A stretch of DNA of 64,000 nucleotides from a bacterium (GCA_027484965.1 JAIXRY010000008.1:1069-65068), one strand, 5' to 3'. Positions 1 through 9,692 are shown, counted from the first letter of the stretch. Made by a program: numbers and translations. The notes: a model not told the origin generated them from the sequence alone.

Positions 1-717
1 TTTACTAAATAAATAAATACCAACACCCAATAAAATAACAAAAAGGCCTACAAGTATAATATGATTTGAAAGTGTATCACTTATCCAAATAACAAATTTT
101 GTTGAAGTTGGAAGTTCTGCGCCTATATCTTTGAAAGTTTTTGTTAGAGTTGGAACAACAAAAATAAACATAAGTATAGCAATAAGAATAATTGCAGAAA
201 TAATAATTGCTGGATACATCAATGCGCCTTTTATTTTTTTATTCAAAAGATATGTTTTTTCAATACTTTGCCCAATTTCAGTAAGAGCACCTACCATTCC
301 TCCAGACTCTTCTCCTGCACGAACCATAGAAATAAATAGGGTTGAAAAAACTTTTGGAAATTTCTCCATTGAAGTAGAGAATGTACTACCCCCAGAAATA
401 TCATTAACTATTTTCGAAAGAATGCCTTTAAATATTTGATTGTTTGTTTGACGTTCAAGAATTGCAAGTGCTCGAGCAAGAGCAATACCAGCAGAAAGCA
501 TTCCTGCAAGGTTTTTTGTAAACATTATTTTTTCAGCAAGACCAACACCACTCCCAAAAGAAAAATAAAATGGTTTTTTAGTTCCAATAGCTTTTAGATT
601 TAAAAGCGTTTTTCCTTCAGCACGCAACTGTTTTGAAAGGCTAAATTTATCAGGAGCTTCAATAGTTCCTTTTTCTTTTGAGCCGTCTGATTTTATTGCT
701 TCATATGAAAATTTCAT
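1..717 (-). CDS. pilC: Type IV pilus / T2SS platform protein PilC/GspF family, partial (3' end runs off the window start)
   Basis: Minus-strand frame missing from the ORF track. Manual translation from ATG at 717 gives MKFSYEAIKSDGSKEKGTIEAPDKFSLSKQLRAEGKTLLNLKAIGTKKPFYF...GISMVRAGEESGGM...ALMYPAIIISAIIIIAILMF, typical of the first GspF domain. It lies directly downstream of pilB. Confidence 0.75.
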   Translation of the reverse strand, partial: MKFSYEAIKSDGSKEKGTIEAPDKFSLSKQLRAEGKTLLNLKAIGTKKPFYFSFGSGVGLAEKIMFTKNLAGMLSAGIALARALAILERQTNNQIFKGILSKIVNDISGGSTFSTSMEKFPKVFSTLFISMVRAGEESGGMVGALTEIGQSIEKTYLLNKKIKGALMYPAIIISAIILIAILMFIFVVPTLTKTFKDIGAELPTSTKFVIWISDTLSNHIILVGLFVILLGVGIYLFSK

Positions 718-723
718 ACAATA

Positions 724-2478
724 TTATTCAGAAACAACGCGGAGAACTTCTTCTGTGGTTGTATATCCTTGCACAGCCAAAAATATTCCATCTTCAAGCA
801 TGGTTGTCATACCTTCTTTTTTTGCTTGAATTTCTATAGCGTCAGCAGAAGCACCTGAAATAATAAGATCTTTTATTGTTGGTGTTACTTTAAGTACTTC
901 ATGGATACCAACACGTCCTCTATACCCATCTTCCGTATCCGCACTTTTCATTGGTTTGTAAAAAGGGACGTCTTTCCATTCTGCGTCTGGCGCAATTACA
1001 TTTTCATCTTTCAAAACCTTCATCATTCTATCTAAATCAACTATCTTCCCTAACGCTTTCAATTCATTCTCATTCATAAAATACTTTTCTTTTGAATCAG
1101 AAAGTCTTCTGACTAGACGCTGTGCAATAACTGTTTTCAAAGTTGAAACCAAAAGAAATGGTTCTGCACCCATATCAATAAAACGTGGTATAGCGCCCGC
1201 CGCTGAATTAGTGTGAATTGTTGATAACACTAAGTGACCAGTAAGTGCTGCATTAATAGCAAGTGAAGCTGTTTCTCCGTCACGGATTTCACCAACCATT
1301 ATAATATTAGGATCTTGACGAAGAAGTGCACGGAGACCATTTGAGAAAGTCATTCCTATATCAGAACGAACTTGTGTTTGATTAATACGAGCCATTTGAT
1401 ATTCAATAGGATCTTCAACTGTTGAAATGTTTACATCTGGAGTATTCAACATATCAAGCATTGTATAGAGGGTTGTTGTTTTACCGGACCCTGTCGGACC
1501 AGACGCAAGAATCATTCCTGTGTGGAGTTTCATTGCTTCATGAATACGCTCAAGTGCATCTCCATGAAATCCTAATTTCTCAAGAGAAAATCCTTTTGCA
1601 TTTTCACGCAAAATACGAATAACTGTTTTTTCTCCAAAATATGTTGGGATTGTAGAAACACGAAAAGAAACTTTTTGATCGTCATTTGAAATTTTGAAAC
1701 GTCCGTCTTGAGGAAGACGTTTTTCATCAAGTTTCAAATTTGAGAGAACTTTAATACGAGCAACAATACCAGAAGCAGAGTCTTTTGGAAGCACCATGGC
1801 GTCACGCAATATTCCATCAATACGATAACGCACAACAAGAGACTCTTCTAAAGGTTCAATATGGATATCTGATGCTTCTTGTAAAATAGCATGTGAAATA
1901 AGAGTATCTACAATTTTTACAATTGGTAAATCTTCAGCAAGTTGCTTGAGTTCTGCTTCAGAAGCAGGTTCTTTATTGTTTTCTAGAGCTGTTGCTTTTA
2001 TTGATATTGTTTCCTTTTGGATAATATCATCAAATTCTGCTCTAAGACTTTTTTTATAAAGAGTGAGTGCATGTTTGATAGAAGGAACATCTGTAAGACG
2101 TGGGAGAATTTTTTGCTCTAATTTCTTTTTTAAGAAATCTATTGTTGATATATCATTAATATCAAGCATCGCAACTTCAATAGTAGTGCTTGTTTTTTTG
2201 TACGCTACAACATTATGATTTCTCGCAATAGGTTCAGGTATAAGAGAAAGAACATCAGCTTCTATTTTTTCATCAATAAGTGATACAAAAGGAACACCGA
2301 GAACATACGCTTGAGCTCGACGTAGATCTGTCTCTGAAATTTTATTTTCTGAAACAAGAATATCGGTAAAAGGAGTTCTCTTTTCTTTAGACATTTCTAC
2401 GGCGCGAGAAATATCTGCCGATGTAACAACACCAGCATCAATAAGAAATGTTTTTAAACTTTCTTCACTAATTACCAT
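724..2478 (-). CDS. pilB: Type IV pilus assembly / T2SS ATPase PilB/GspE family
   Basis: Walker A GPTGSGKTTTLY, an N-terminal GspE-N-like region, and a conserved EDPIEYQ / hexameric secretion ATPase core. Confidence 0.9.
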   Translation of the reverse strand: MVISEESLKTFLIDAGVVTSADISRAVEMSKEKRTPFTDILVSENKISETDLRRAQAYVLGVPFVSLIDEKIEADVLSLIPEPIARNHNVVAYKKTSTTIEVAMLDINDISTIDFLKKKLEQKILPRLTDVPSIKHALTLYKKSLRAEFDDIIQKETISIKATALENNKEPASEAELKQLAEDLPIVKIVDTLISHAILQEASDIHIEPLEESLVVRYRIDGILRDAMVLPKDSASGIVARIKVLSNLKLDEKRLPQDGRFKISNDDQKVSFRVSTIPTYFGEKTVIRILRENAKGFSLEKLGFHGDALERIHEAMKLHTGMILASGPTGSGKTTTLYTMLDMLNTPDVNISTVEDPIEYQMARINQTQVRSDIGMTFSNGLRALLRQDPNIIMVGEIRDGETASLAINAALTGHLVLSTIHTNSAAGAIPRFIDMGAEPFLLVSTLKTVIAQRLVRRLSDSKEKYFMNENELKALGKIVDLDRMMKVLKDENVIAPDAEWKDVPFYKPMKSADTEDGYRGRVGIHEVLKVTPTIKDLIISGASADAIEIQAKKEGMTTMLEDGIFLAVQGYTTTEEVLRVVSE

Positions 2479-2649
2479 TACTTATATTTTCTCATAGTCT
2501 CTCTTTAATAGCACTAGAAAACTTGTGGACAAAAAACCACTCGGATATTTTTTAAAAAGACACGTAAATTTTTTGCTAAAAATTTACTCCTTCCGTCGCC
2601 AGACTCGACTCCAGAGGTCTTTTTAAAAACTATACTCGTTTAATAATAA

Positions 2650-2690
2650 AAACAAGGATGGCGCCCAACGGGCGCCATCCTTGTTTTTTG
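2650..2690 (-). terminator. Intrinsic terminator between the secreted-protein operon and pilB
   Basis: Perfect hairpin caaggatggcgcc-caac-ggcgccatccttg followed by a T-run on the minus strand. Confidence 0.7.
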
Positions 2691-2697
2691 ATCAATT

Positions 2698-4017
2698 TTA
2701 ATAAGTAATTTTTACTCTTCCATTACCACCAGAACCATTAGTTACTCCAGAAACAGTTGTCCCTCTTGTACCTCCTTGTCCTATAGTGTATGTGAATTGC
2801 TCATTTGGTGTTACAGGTAAAGTTATTTTTATATAACCACCAGCACCTCCACCGCGAGCTGTATTAATTTGAGTGCTTCCAGGTAATCCTACACGTATTT
2901 GTGTAGACTCTTCACCTGAACAGTAATCCCTTCCTGGATTTGTCACTAAATAATAAGGACATACTTGTGATGGTCCTTGGAAAGTACCAGAACTACCAGA
3001 CCCATAGAATCCATAATTACCTGTTCCTCCACCAGGTGTACTTCCTCCTCCACCAGGAATAGCGCCGTTTGCACTCTGGAATACTCCGTTTTGAATATTT
3101 GCTGGATTTGAATTTCCATAAAAATTTGGAGCTGCTGGAATAAGACTACAGTATTGTTGTGCATCGCTCAAACTTGCTGCTTTTCTACCAGCTGTTATTG
3201 TTTGAACACCTAAATATGAAGCTCCTCCAATAGCACCATCTCCTCCATCAGAACCATATCTGAAAAAATATGGATTTGATGGACAATTATAATCTCCAAT
3301 AAGTTGATCTAGTTGATTATATGCTGGAACTCCACCATTTCCACCTGTATGTATTTCTGATACTAAAGATGTAGAGCGGCCACCAGAGACACTTGCCGAA
3401 CCTCCAGTACCATTTCCTCCAGAATTTGCATTTGTACCAGCATTTGCAGTAACTGAAATATTTGTTCCTTGGAATACTGTATTTGTTGGAGAAGTTTGAG
3501 AGTTTGAAGAAATATTTGTATATCCTGCACCCCCAGCTCCCCAAACTTCAACAGTAACACTATTAACACCTGTTGGAACAGTCCACGAACCACTAGTATC
3601 AAAAATACGCACATTAGTATTTATTGGACAAATATTTAGTTGGCCAGTACTAGAGACACAGACTTTCTGAGGTGTTGTAGTTGATGATACACCAGAAAGA
3701 CTAACACTTTTTGTACTTAAATTACCTGTAATAGCTGTATTTCCTTCTGAAGTAATACCTTTTGTGTACAAAGAACCAAAGATATCTAGCTTAGCACCAG
3801 CTGTTGGGAACATAAGAGATGAATTACCAAGTAAAACTGATCCTATCCTAGAATCTATAGAATCACCAGTATTCCAAACAGATATTTGACCATTTGGATA
3901 TCCTCCAGATGGTCTGGCAGCAAACAATTCAACATAATTAACAACAATCACAAGTACAAGTATTGCTGAAAATAATTTTATAAAAGGTAAGTATTTTTTC
4001 ATATATATTATGGACAA
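2698..4017 (-). CDS. Secreted Gly/Ser/Thr-rich orphan protein with N-terminal signal anchor; carries the Cys-x9-Cys-Pro module internally
   Basis: N-terminal hydrophobic segment (alternative start at MKKYLPF, 4002). Low-complexity G/S/T/N-rich sequence. Internal motif ...SLSGVSSTTTPQKVCVSSTGQLNICP shared with the next two genes. Confidence 0.5.
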   Translation of the reverse strand: MSIIYMKKYLPFIKLFSAILVLVIVVNYVELFAARPSGGYPNGQISVWNTGDSIDSRIGSVLLGNSSLMFPTAGAKLDIFGSLYTKGITSEGNTAITGNLSTKSVSLSGVSSTTTPQKVCVSSTGQLNICPINTNVRIFDTSGSWTVPTGVNSVTVEVWGAGGAGYTNISSNSQTSPTNTVFQGTNISVTANAGTNANSGGNGTGGSASVSGGRSTSLVSEIHTGGNGGVPAYNQLDQLIGDYNCPSNPYFFRYGSDGGDGAIGGASYLGVQTITAGRKAASLSDAQQYCSLIPAAPNFYGNSNPANIQNGVFQSANGAIPGGGGSTPGGGTGNYGFYGSGSSGTFQGPSQVCPYYLVTNPGRDYCSGEESTQIRVGLPGSTQINTARGGGAGGYIKITLPVTPNEQFTYTIGQGGTRGTTVSGVTNGSGGNGRVKITY

Positions 4018-4382
4018 ACAATAAATTTACCAGAACTATTGACACACAACTCTCTATTTGATGAACCAGATAATTTTGAAACAGTCATATTTGTTGTATC
4101 AAAATTATAGTTATTTTGTGTATTTGCAGGAACAACTAGACCTTTAGTAAAGAGAGTTCCATTAATATCTAGAACGACTCCAGAGGTTGGAGCATTTGTC
4201 ATACCCACTGCAAGAGAAGCGTTTCTAGATAAATCATTTGTTGATTTAGTAATAAAAACATTAAAAGGTTGTGAAGCTTGACTATAAGAGGACGGTCTTG
4301 TTGCTTTCGCACCTATTATATTTGCAAAAAAGATAATAACAAGACAAACAAAAAATAAATTTACTATTGAATATTGTTTCAT
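4008..4382 (-). CDS. Small secreted orphan protein ending in SGSSNRELCVNSSGKFIVCP
   Basis: Signal peptide. C-terminal Cys-x9-Cys-Pro module paralogous to the neighbouring genes. Confidence 0.5.
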   Translation of the reverse strand: MKQYSIVNLFFVCLVIIFFANIIGAKATRPSSYSQASQPFNVFITKSTNDLSRNASLAVGMTNAPTSGVVLDINGTLFTKGLVVPANTQNNYNFDTTNMTVSKLSGSSNRELCVNSSGKFIVCP

Positions 4383-4386
4383 ATAT

Positions 4387-4923
4387 TTATGGGCAAATAG
4401 TTAATGAGTTAATAGTAAAATTAAACATTGTATTATTTTGAACAATACAGACATTTCTATTGCCAGACCCAGCAAAGTCTGTAACAGTAACATCACCATC
4501 CGTACTTGAATTAGTTGTCTTTGATATTGTTGTTGTACCTGAAACAAAAGTTATACCATCTATTAACAACCCATCACTTTTACCATTAGCAGGAAGATTA
4601 AGAGAGCCCGCTTTTGTAATTCCATTTACATGAACTGTTTCTCCAAGTCTTGGAGGTGTCATGAAAGTCTGAACACCATTATAAAAAGGTTCAGAATTTA
4701 CACCTATAGCTATAGCTCTTCTCACAACATCAGCAGATGTTCTATTTGCTGGCGCTTCACCTAATTTACTTTGCGCTACAGTCGAACCTAATCCAGACCT
4801 GATAAGTTCTGGAGGTTGTCCACCTGGAGGTGTTTGTGTTGGAGCAGCGTAAGAAACACCTAACACAGAGAGAATTACAAAACTAACTATAACGACTGAC
4901 TCTTTTAGTGAAAAATATATCAT
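4387..4923 (-). CDS. Secreted orphan protein ending in AGSGNRNVCIVQNNTMFNFTINSLTICP
   Basis: Sec-type signal peptide. Conserved TKG...SG.S.R.LCV..CP-type C-terminal module. Confidence 0.5.
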   Translation of the reverse strand: MIYFSLKESVVIVSFVILSVLGVSYAAPTQTPPGGQPPELIRSGLGSTVAQSKLGEAPANRTSADVVRRAIAIGVNSEPFYNGVQTFMTPPRLGETVHVNGITKAGSLNLPANGKSDGLLIDGITFVSGTTTISKTTNSSTDGDVTVTDFAGSGNRNVCIVQNNTMFNFTINSLTICP

Positions 4924-4924
4924 A

Positions 4925-7024
4925 TTACTCTTCTTTATAAAATGGGGCTGGTAAAATATTTGTTCCGAAACGCCACAACAATCTTCCTCCTCTACCTGTA
5001 AGTGGATTAGTCACAATAAATAATCCAGGCTCAACACCTTTAATTCCAACAATAGTTGACGCTGTTACAGTTTTTCCAGAAGGTGTTTTACATTCAATAG
5101 TAAACATTTCTGATGTTGAACCTATAGAAACTGTTTCTACTCCTGACAATGATTTTCCACCTGTCCAGACTCCAGTAGCCCCAGCAGTACCTCCTGCAGC
5201 AGAACTAAATCCAGTAGAAGCAACACAATTACTTGCATTTTCACCATCCCAACGTAGTAGTGTTGTAGAATTTGGATCTACTACTTGTGGAAACGCTGAA
5301 AGTCTCAAACCTGAAGCATTAACTCCTCCTGTAATATCTCCACCAGTAACACCAACTCCAACAGAACCACCACCTGGACCAATTCCGCCAGCGCCTCCTC
5401 CTCCAGAACCAGTAACAACAGAAACATCTTCACTACTTGTAACTGTTTGACTCGTTGAACTATTTGTACAAGTAATAGTAAATGTTCTAGTTGAAGTTCC
5501 TGATCCTACATTTACATTAGTTGAACCAGAGGTTGCTTTTGAACCAGTCCAACCAGATATTGACGCATTATTACTTGCCGCACAAGTAAACCCTGTAAGA
5601 TTTTGAGATGTCCAAGAAATATTAATATTACTATTTTCTCCAGTAATTGAAGGACTTGCGTTTAGTGAAACACTAGGTATTAATGGAGAACCAGTTCCAC
5701 CAGTACCTCCACCGCCGCCAACAGTACAAGAAATAACATTGTATGAAATTGGAGAATTATAACGTACTGAAACTGATCCTGATCTTGAAACAGAACCACT
5801 ACCACTTCCTTGAAGAACACCATTCAAAGTACAAACACCTGAAGGGACTTGTGCAAGAGGAGTTACATCAAAATATGTCGAGTGTGTTTCAGCTCCGTCA
5901 GTAGTTACAACTTGAACACGATGATTGCCTGAACCAGCAACAAGGTCGCGTGGAATTGTCATTCTAATAACAAAGCTTCCTCCTATGTTAAGACTCAAGA
6001 ATCTAGGATCATAAGGATTAACTGTGTCGTTAGGGTCTGGTTGTGCTTGTGGCACAGCAACACCATTATATAAAAGACTAAATGTTGAACCTGCAAGCGC
6101 TGGATCTGAAGTACCTATAGCTGTATATAGAGTCTTTGTGGTTGGATTTCCATAAATAGTAAGAGGTATATCAAAAGAAACATTAGCTCCACCTTCCACA
6201 AAAGACGCAGGGTAAGGAACACTTATATCGAACCAAGGAATTGGAGTTCCTGAAAGGATTGAGACTGTAGCACTACTTGTAACAGTCTGACTGGTTGAAC
6301 TGTTTGTACAAGTAATAGTGTATATTTTTGTAACTGAACCTGGACCAACATTCACTACAGCTGTACCAGAAGTTGCTTTTGAACCAGTCCAATCAAGAAG
6401 AGATGCATTATTACTTGCTACACAAGTAAATCCTACAAGATTTTGAGATGTCCAAGTAAGATTAAGATTACTATTTGGAAAAATAGATGTTGGAGTTGCT
6501 GTTAAAGAAACACTAGGAACTTGTTGTGTACCTATACCTACACCAGTAAAATCTATCCAACCAATAGTATTATTCCAGGCATATCCATAAAAATTATTAT
6601 TTCCTCCTCCAACAATCTGAACACCGCTTAGATCAATACATCCATTGCTACCTAATGAAATAATTTTAGCTGGACCTAAAAGTCCAGGACTTGCAACAAG
6701 TCTTGGACTTCCATTATTACAACTCGCAATATCTGACGGTTCAAAAGAAATCCACCCAACATTGTCATTCCACGCATAACCAGAAAATATGTATGCGCCA
6801 GCATTATTATCTACATAAGTGACACCATAATTTGTACCCACACAACTAGAAGGTGATGTTGTTGAACAGTTATTAAACGAAATCCATCCAATAGCATCAT
6901 TCCATGCATATCCAAGAATTTTATCTCCCGCACTTGATAAGGCCTGATTTGGAGTATAAAAATTAAAGGCAAATAAGAAAATAAGCGTTCCGAGAGATGA
7001 AAAAATTATGTTTTTTATTTTCAT
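4925..7024 (-). CDS. Large secreted repeat protein (699 aa): three N-terminal GYAWND-IGWISF motifs and two Ig-like Cys-containing ~70-aa repeats
   Basis: Signal peptide. GYAWNDAIGWISF, GYAWNDNVGWISF and GYAWNNTIGWIDF motifs. Near-identical ~70-aa repeats (WTSQNL.GFTC.ASNNAS..WTGSKATSG...FTITCTNSSTSQTVTSS), also repeated at DNA level (5432-5640 and 6272-6480). Confidence 0.55.
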   Translation of the reverse strand: MKIKNIIFSSLGTLIFLFAFNFYTPNQALSSAGDKILGYAWNDAIGWISFNNCSTTSPSSCVGTNYGVTYVDNNAGAYIFSGYAWNDNVGWISFEPSDIASCNNGSPRLVASPGLLGPAKIISLGSNGCIDLSGVQIVGGGNNNFYGYAWNNTIGWIDFTGVGIGTQQVPSVSLTATPTSIFPNSNLNLTWTSQNLVGFTCVASNNASLLDWTGSKATSGTAVVNVGPGSVTKIYTITCTNSSTSQTVTSSATVSILSGTPIPWFDISVPYPASFVEGGANVSFDIPLTIYGNPTTKTLYTAIGTSDPALAGSTFSLLYNGVAVPQAQPDPNDTVNPYDPRFLSLNIGGSFVIRMTIPRDLVAGSGNHRVQVVTTDGAETHSTYFDVTPLAQVPSGVCTLNGVLQGSGSGSVSRSGSVSVRYNSPISYNVISCTVGGGGGTGGTGSPLIPSVSLNASPSITGENSNINISWTSQNLTGFTCAASNNASISGWTGSKATSGSTNVNVGSGTSTRTFTITCTNSSTSQTVTSSEDVSVVTGSGGGGAGGIGPGGGSVGVGVTGGDITGGVNASGLRLSAFPQVVDPNSTTLLRWDGENASNCVASTGFSSAAGGTAGATGVWTGGKSLSGVETVSIGSTSEMFTIECKTPSGKTVTASTIVGIKGVEPGLFIVTNPLTGRGGRLLWRFGTNILPAPFYKEE
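5432..5640. repeat. Intragenic ~210-bp direct repeat (copy 2 at 6272-6480) encoding the Ig-like Cys module
   Basis: Long near-identical stretches such as agttgcttttgaaccagtccaa and attattacttgc...cacaagtaaa...agattttgagatgtccaag. Confidence 0.8.
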
Positions 7025-7026
7025 AA

Positions 7027-7356
7027 TTATTGATTCTTTAAAAATTGATTAACAAGATCTTCGTCTGCTGTTTTAGATTCTTCAGGTGAAACAGTGGCAG
7101 ACTCTTGTTTATTAAGAGTTTCTAGCATTTTTTGTTTTTCTTCATCAGTAGTTGATATTGATGCAGCTTTTTGTGCAACAGCCTCGACACTCTTCTCTAT
7201 TTGAGTTTGTTTTGGTTTTTGATTTTTTTTATAAATCAAAAAAATAGTTACAAGAACCACAAGAACAATAATTCCAGAAATAATAAGTGAGAGTGTTTTT
7301 TTGCTCATATATAGACGGTAAGCAAAAGATGTAGGTTCTTTGTGTATTGGATCCAT
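7027..7356 (-). CDS. Small single-pass membrane protein (first gene of the minus-strand operon)
   Basis: Hydrophobic helix LSLIISGIIVLVVLVTIFLIY. Alternative start at MSKKTL (7308). No prepilin G/FTLIE motif. Confidence 0.4.
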   Translation of the reverse strand: MDPIHKEPTSFAYRLYMSKKTLSLIISGIIVLVVLVTIFLIYKKNQKPKQTQIEKSVEAVAQKAASISTTDEEKQKMLETLNKQESATVSPEESKTADEDLVNQFLKNQ

Positions 7357-7622
7357 AGATGAATATATTTTAACATGATTTAACTTTGTTAGTATATGTA
7401 TATGGCCAATTATGGGGAAAACTTTTAGTATATAGAAGTAATTATACTTTTAGTACTAATAATTTTATTAAATTTAATATTGCAAAAAAATAAGACAGTA
7501 TTAAAAGTTTTAGCAGATAAATATTTGTTTTACTAGAAAATAATCATATGGTATACTATATTTACGATTGTCCTAGGTGTCCCCCAGGGCATTTTTAATA
7601 AAATTTAATAACAATAAAATAT

Positions 7623-8936
7623 ATGTTTGATTTAAAAACAATGCATCTTGCACTCTTACAATTAGAAGAAGAGCGCAAGATCCCAAAAGACAAAATAATA
7701 GAAGCGATTGAGCAAGCACTTGCTGCTGCATACAAAAAAGACTTTGGTAAAAAAGGTCAAATCATCCGTTGTCACTTTAATCTAGAGACAGGGACTACTG
7801 AGTTTTACCAAGTAAAGATTGTTGTTGATGACTCTATTGTTCGTATTATTCCAGAAGAAGAAGAGTATATTCCAGAAGAAGGAGATGAGCGTGTTCGCTT
7901 CAATGAAGAACACCATATCTTCCTAGAAGACGCTAAAAAAATTAAGACAGGAGCTGATATAGAAGATGAAATCATTTTTTCTCTTGAAAACAAAGATGAT
8001 TTCGGACGTATTGCCGCCCAAACAGCAAAACAAGTTATTATCCAAAAAATCCGTGAAGCAGAACGTTCTACTATTATCGATGAATACGGAGACAAAGAAG
8101 GAGAGATTATTAGTGGATATGTACAAAAAATTGAAAGAGGTGCAATTTATGTAGAATTCAATCGCGCTGTTGGACAAATTACTTTTGAAGAACAAATCCC
8201 TGGAGAAAGATGGAATAGAGGTGACCGTATTCGTGCATATCTATTTTCTGTTGAAGAATCAGCTCGCGGTGTAAATCTTCGTCTATCACGTACTCATCCA
8301 AAATTCTTAGAACTTCTATTTGCTCTTGAGGCACCAGAAATTGCTACAAATACAGTAGAAATCGTTTCTATTGCTCGTGAACCAGGAAGTCGTTCTAAAA
8401 TTGCAGTGAAATCAAACGATCAACATATAGACCCTGTAGGATCTTGTGTTGGACAACGTGGAGTACGTGTTAATGCTGTTACTAGTGAACTCTCAGGTGA
8501 AAAAATCGATATTATTCCTTGGGCAGAAGATATAAAAACATTCATTACAAACTCTCTTTCACCAGCAAAAGTTACTGATATTTCAATTGATGACAATGAA
8601 CACAAAGCAAGTATTGAAGTAGCAGAAGACCAGCTATCTCTTGCTATTGGTAAGGGAGGGCAAAATGTTCGTCTTGCTGCAAAACTTACAGGATGGAGAA
8701 TCGATATCAAAGGAAACGGACTTCCTTCAGAGTTAGACCAAACAGGAGGAAATGAGGATAAAGAAATGGCGAGTAGTAACGCTCTTGCAAGCGCTATCAG
8801 TGAAGCAATCGCAGAAAATAAAGAATCTCAAGATGAAATAATCGCAGACTTTATTCTTCCAGAAGATGAGACTGTGGAGGAAAATAATGAGACAGAGGCT
8901 ATTGTTGAAGAAAAAGTCGAAGAAGAGAAAGAATAA
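7623..8936 (+). CDS. nusA: Transcription termination/antitermination factor NusA
   Basis: N-terminal NusA domain, S1 domain and KH domains (IGKGGQNVRLAAKLTGWRIDIK), followed by an acidic C-terminal tail. Confidence 0.9.
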   Translation: MFDLKTMHLALLQLEEERKIPKDKIIEAIEQALAAAYKKDFGKKGQIIRCHFNLETGTTEFYQVKIVVDDSIVRIIPEEEEYIPEEGDERVRFNEEHHIFLEDAKKIKTGADIEDEIIFSLENKDDFGRIAAQTAKQVIIQKIREAERSTIIDEYGDKEGEIISGYVQKIERGAIYVEFNRAVGQITFEEQIPGERWNRGDRIRAYLFSVEESARGVNLRLSRTHPKFLELLFALEAPEIATNTVEIVSIAREPGSRSKIAVKSNDQHIDPVGSCVGQRGVRVNAVTSELSGEKIDIIPWAEDIKTFITNSLSPAKVTDISIDDNEHKASIEVAEDQLSLAIGKGGQNVRLAAKLTGWRIDIKGNGLPSELDQTGGNEDKEMASSNALASAISEAIAENKESQDEIIADFILPEDETVEENNETEAIVEEKVEEEKE

Positions 8937-8957
8937 TATTTAACTTATAAGTATATT

Positions 8958-9542
8958 ATGGCAAACATAGACCAAAAACCATCAAAGTTCATGTACAATC
9001 TTCTACACGTGCTTCCTGCATTTGTAAATAAAGAAGAAGGTATTATCAATACTATTGTTGAAGTTTCAACAGGAAGTATTAATAAATATGAATTAATAAC
9101 AGAATCAGGGCAACTAAAACTTGATCGTGTAGGATATTCATCTCTAGCCTATCCATTCACATACGGAGCACTTCCTATGACATGGGACTTTGATGGAGAT
9201 CCGCTTGATGTTGAAATTGTAAATATTACAGAACCACTTGTTCCAGGCTCTCTTGTAGAAGTAAGAGTGATTGGAATAATGAAATTTATTGACGGCGGAG
9301 AAATTGACGATAAAATAATCGGAGTACTCGCAGGAGATAAACGTTCAGACCATATACAATCTTACAAAGACCTCGGTGAATACTGGGAAAAAGAAACAAA
9401 GTATTACTGGGAAAATTATAAAGCTCTCAAAAAACCAGGAACGGGAGTGGTAGAAACTTTCCACGAGAAAGATGAAGCTATAAAAGTAATTGAAGAATGT
9501 ATGGAAAGATACAACAAAGATTACGCTCCAAAATTAGACTAA
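8958..9542 (+). CDS. ppa: Inorganic pyrophosphatase (family I)
   Basis: YPFTYGALPMTWDFDGDPLDVEI and related family I PPase signature residues. Confidence 0.85.
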   Translation: MANIDQKPSKFMYNLLHVLPAFVNKEEGIINTIVEVSTGSINKYELITESGQLKLDRVGYSSLAYPFTYGALPMTWDFDGDPLDVEIVNITEPLVPGSLVEVRVIGIMKFIDGGEIDDKIIGVLAGDKRSDHIQSYKDLGEYWEKETKYYWENYKALKKPGTGVVETFHEKDEAIKVIEECMERYNKDYAPKLD

Positions 9543-9603
9543 AGACTAAACCATTTTTATAAAGATGGTCGTCAGTCTCCCGAAGGGAGATTAGGATATA
9601 CAC

Positions 9604-9637
9604 AGCAGGGCACCCTTTGGGTGCCCTGCTTTTGTTA
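9604..9637 (+). terminator. Intrinsic terminator after ppa
   Basis: cagcagggcaccctttgggtgccctgc stem followed by TTTTGTT. Confidence 0.7.
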
Positions 9638-9692
9638 TAATTACATAGTACGGAAAATCCGTTTTATATATAAATTTCTACTTATAAAAACT

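Noticed and set aside
131-439. Plus-strand 102-aa ORF at the window start
   Set aside because: It lies entirely within the much better supported minus-strand pilC reading frame (GspF-like translation) and is low-complexity I/F-rich. Treated as a shadow ORF.
9621-9692. Upstream extension of the ORF-track call 9621-11054 (MPCFCYNYIVRKIRF...)
   Set aside because: It overlaps the ppa intrinsic terminator hairpin. A canonical signal peptide begins at the internal Met (9693).
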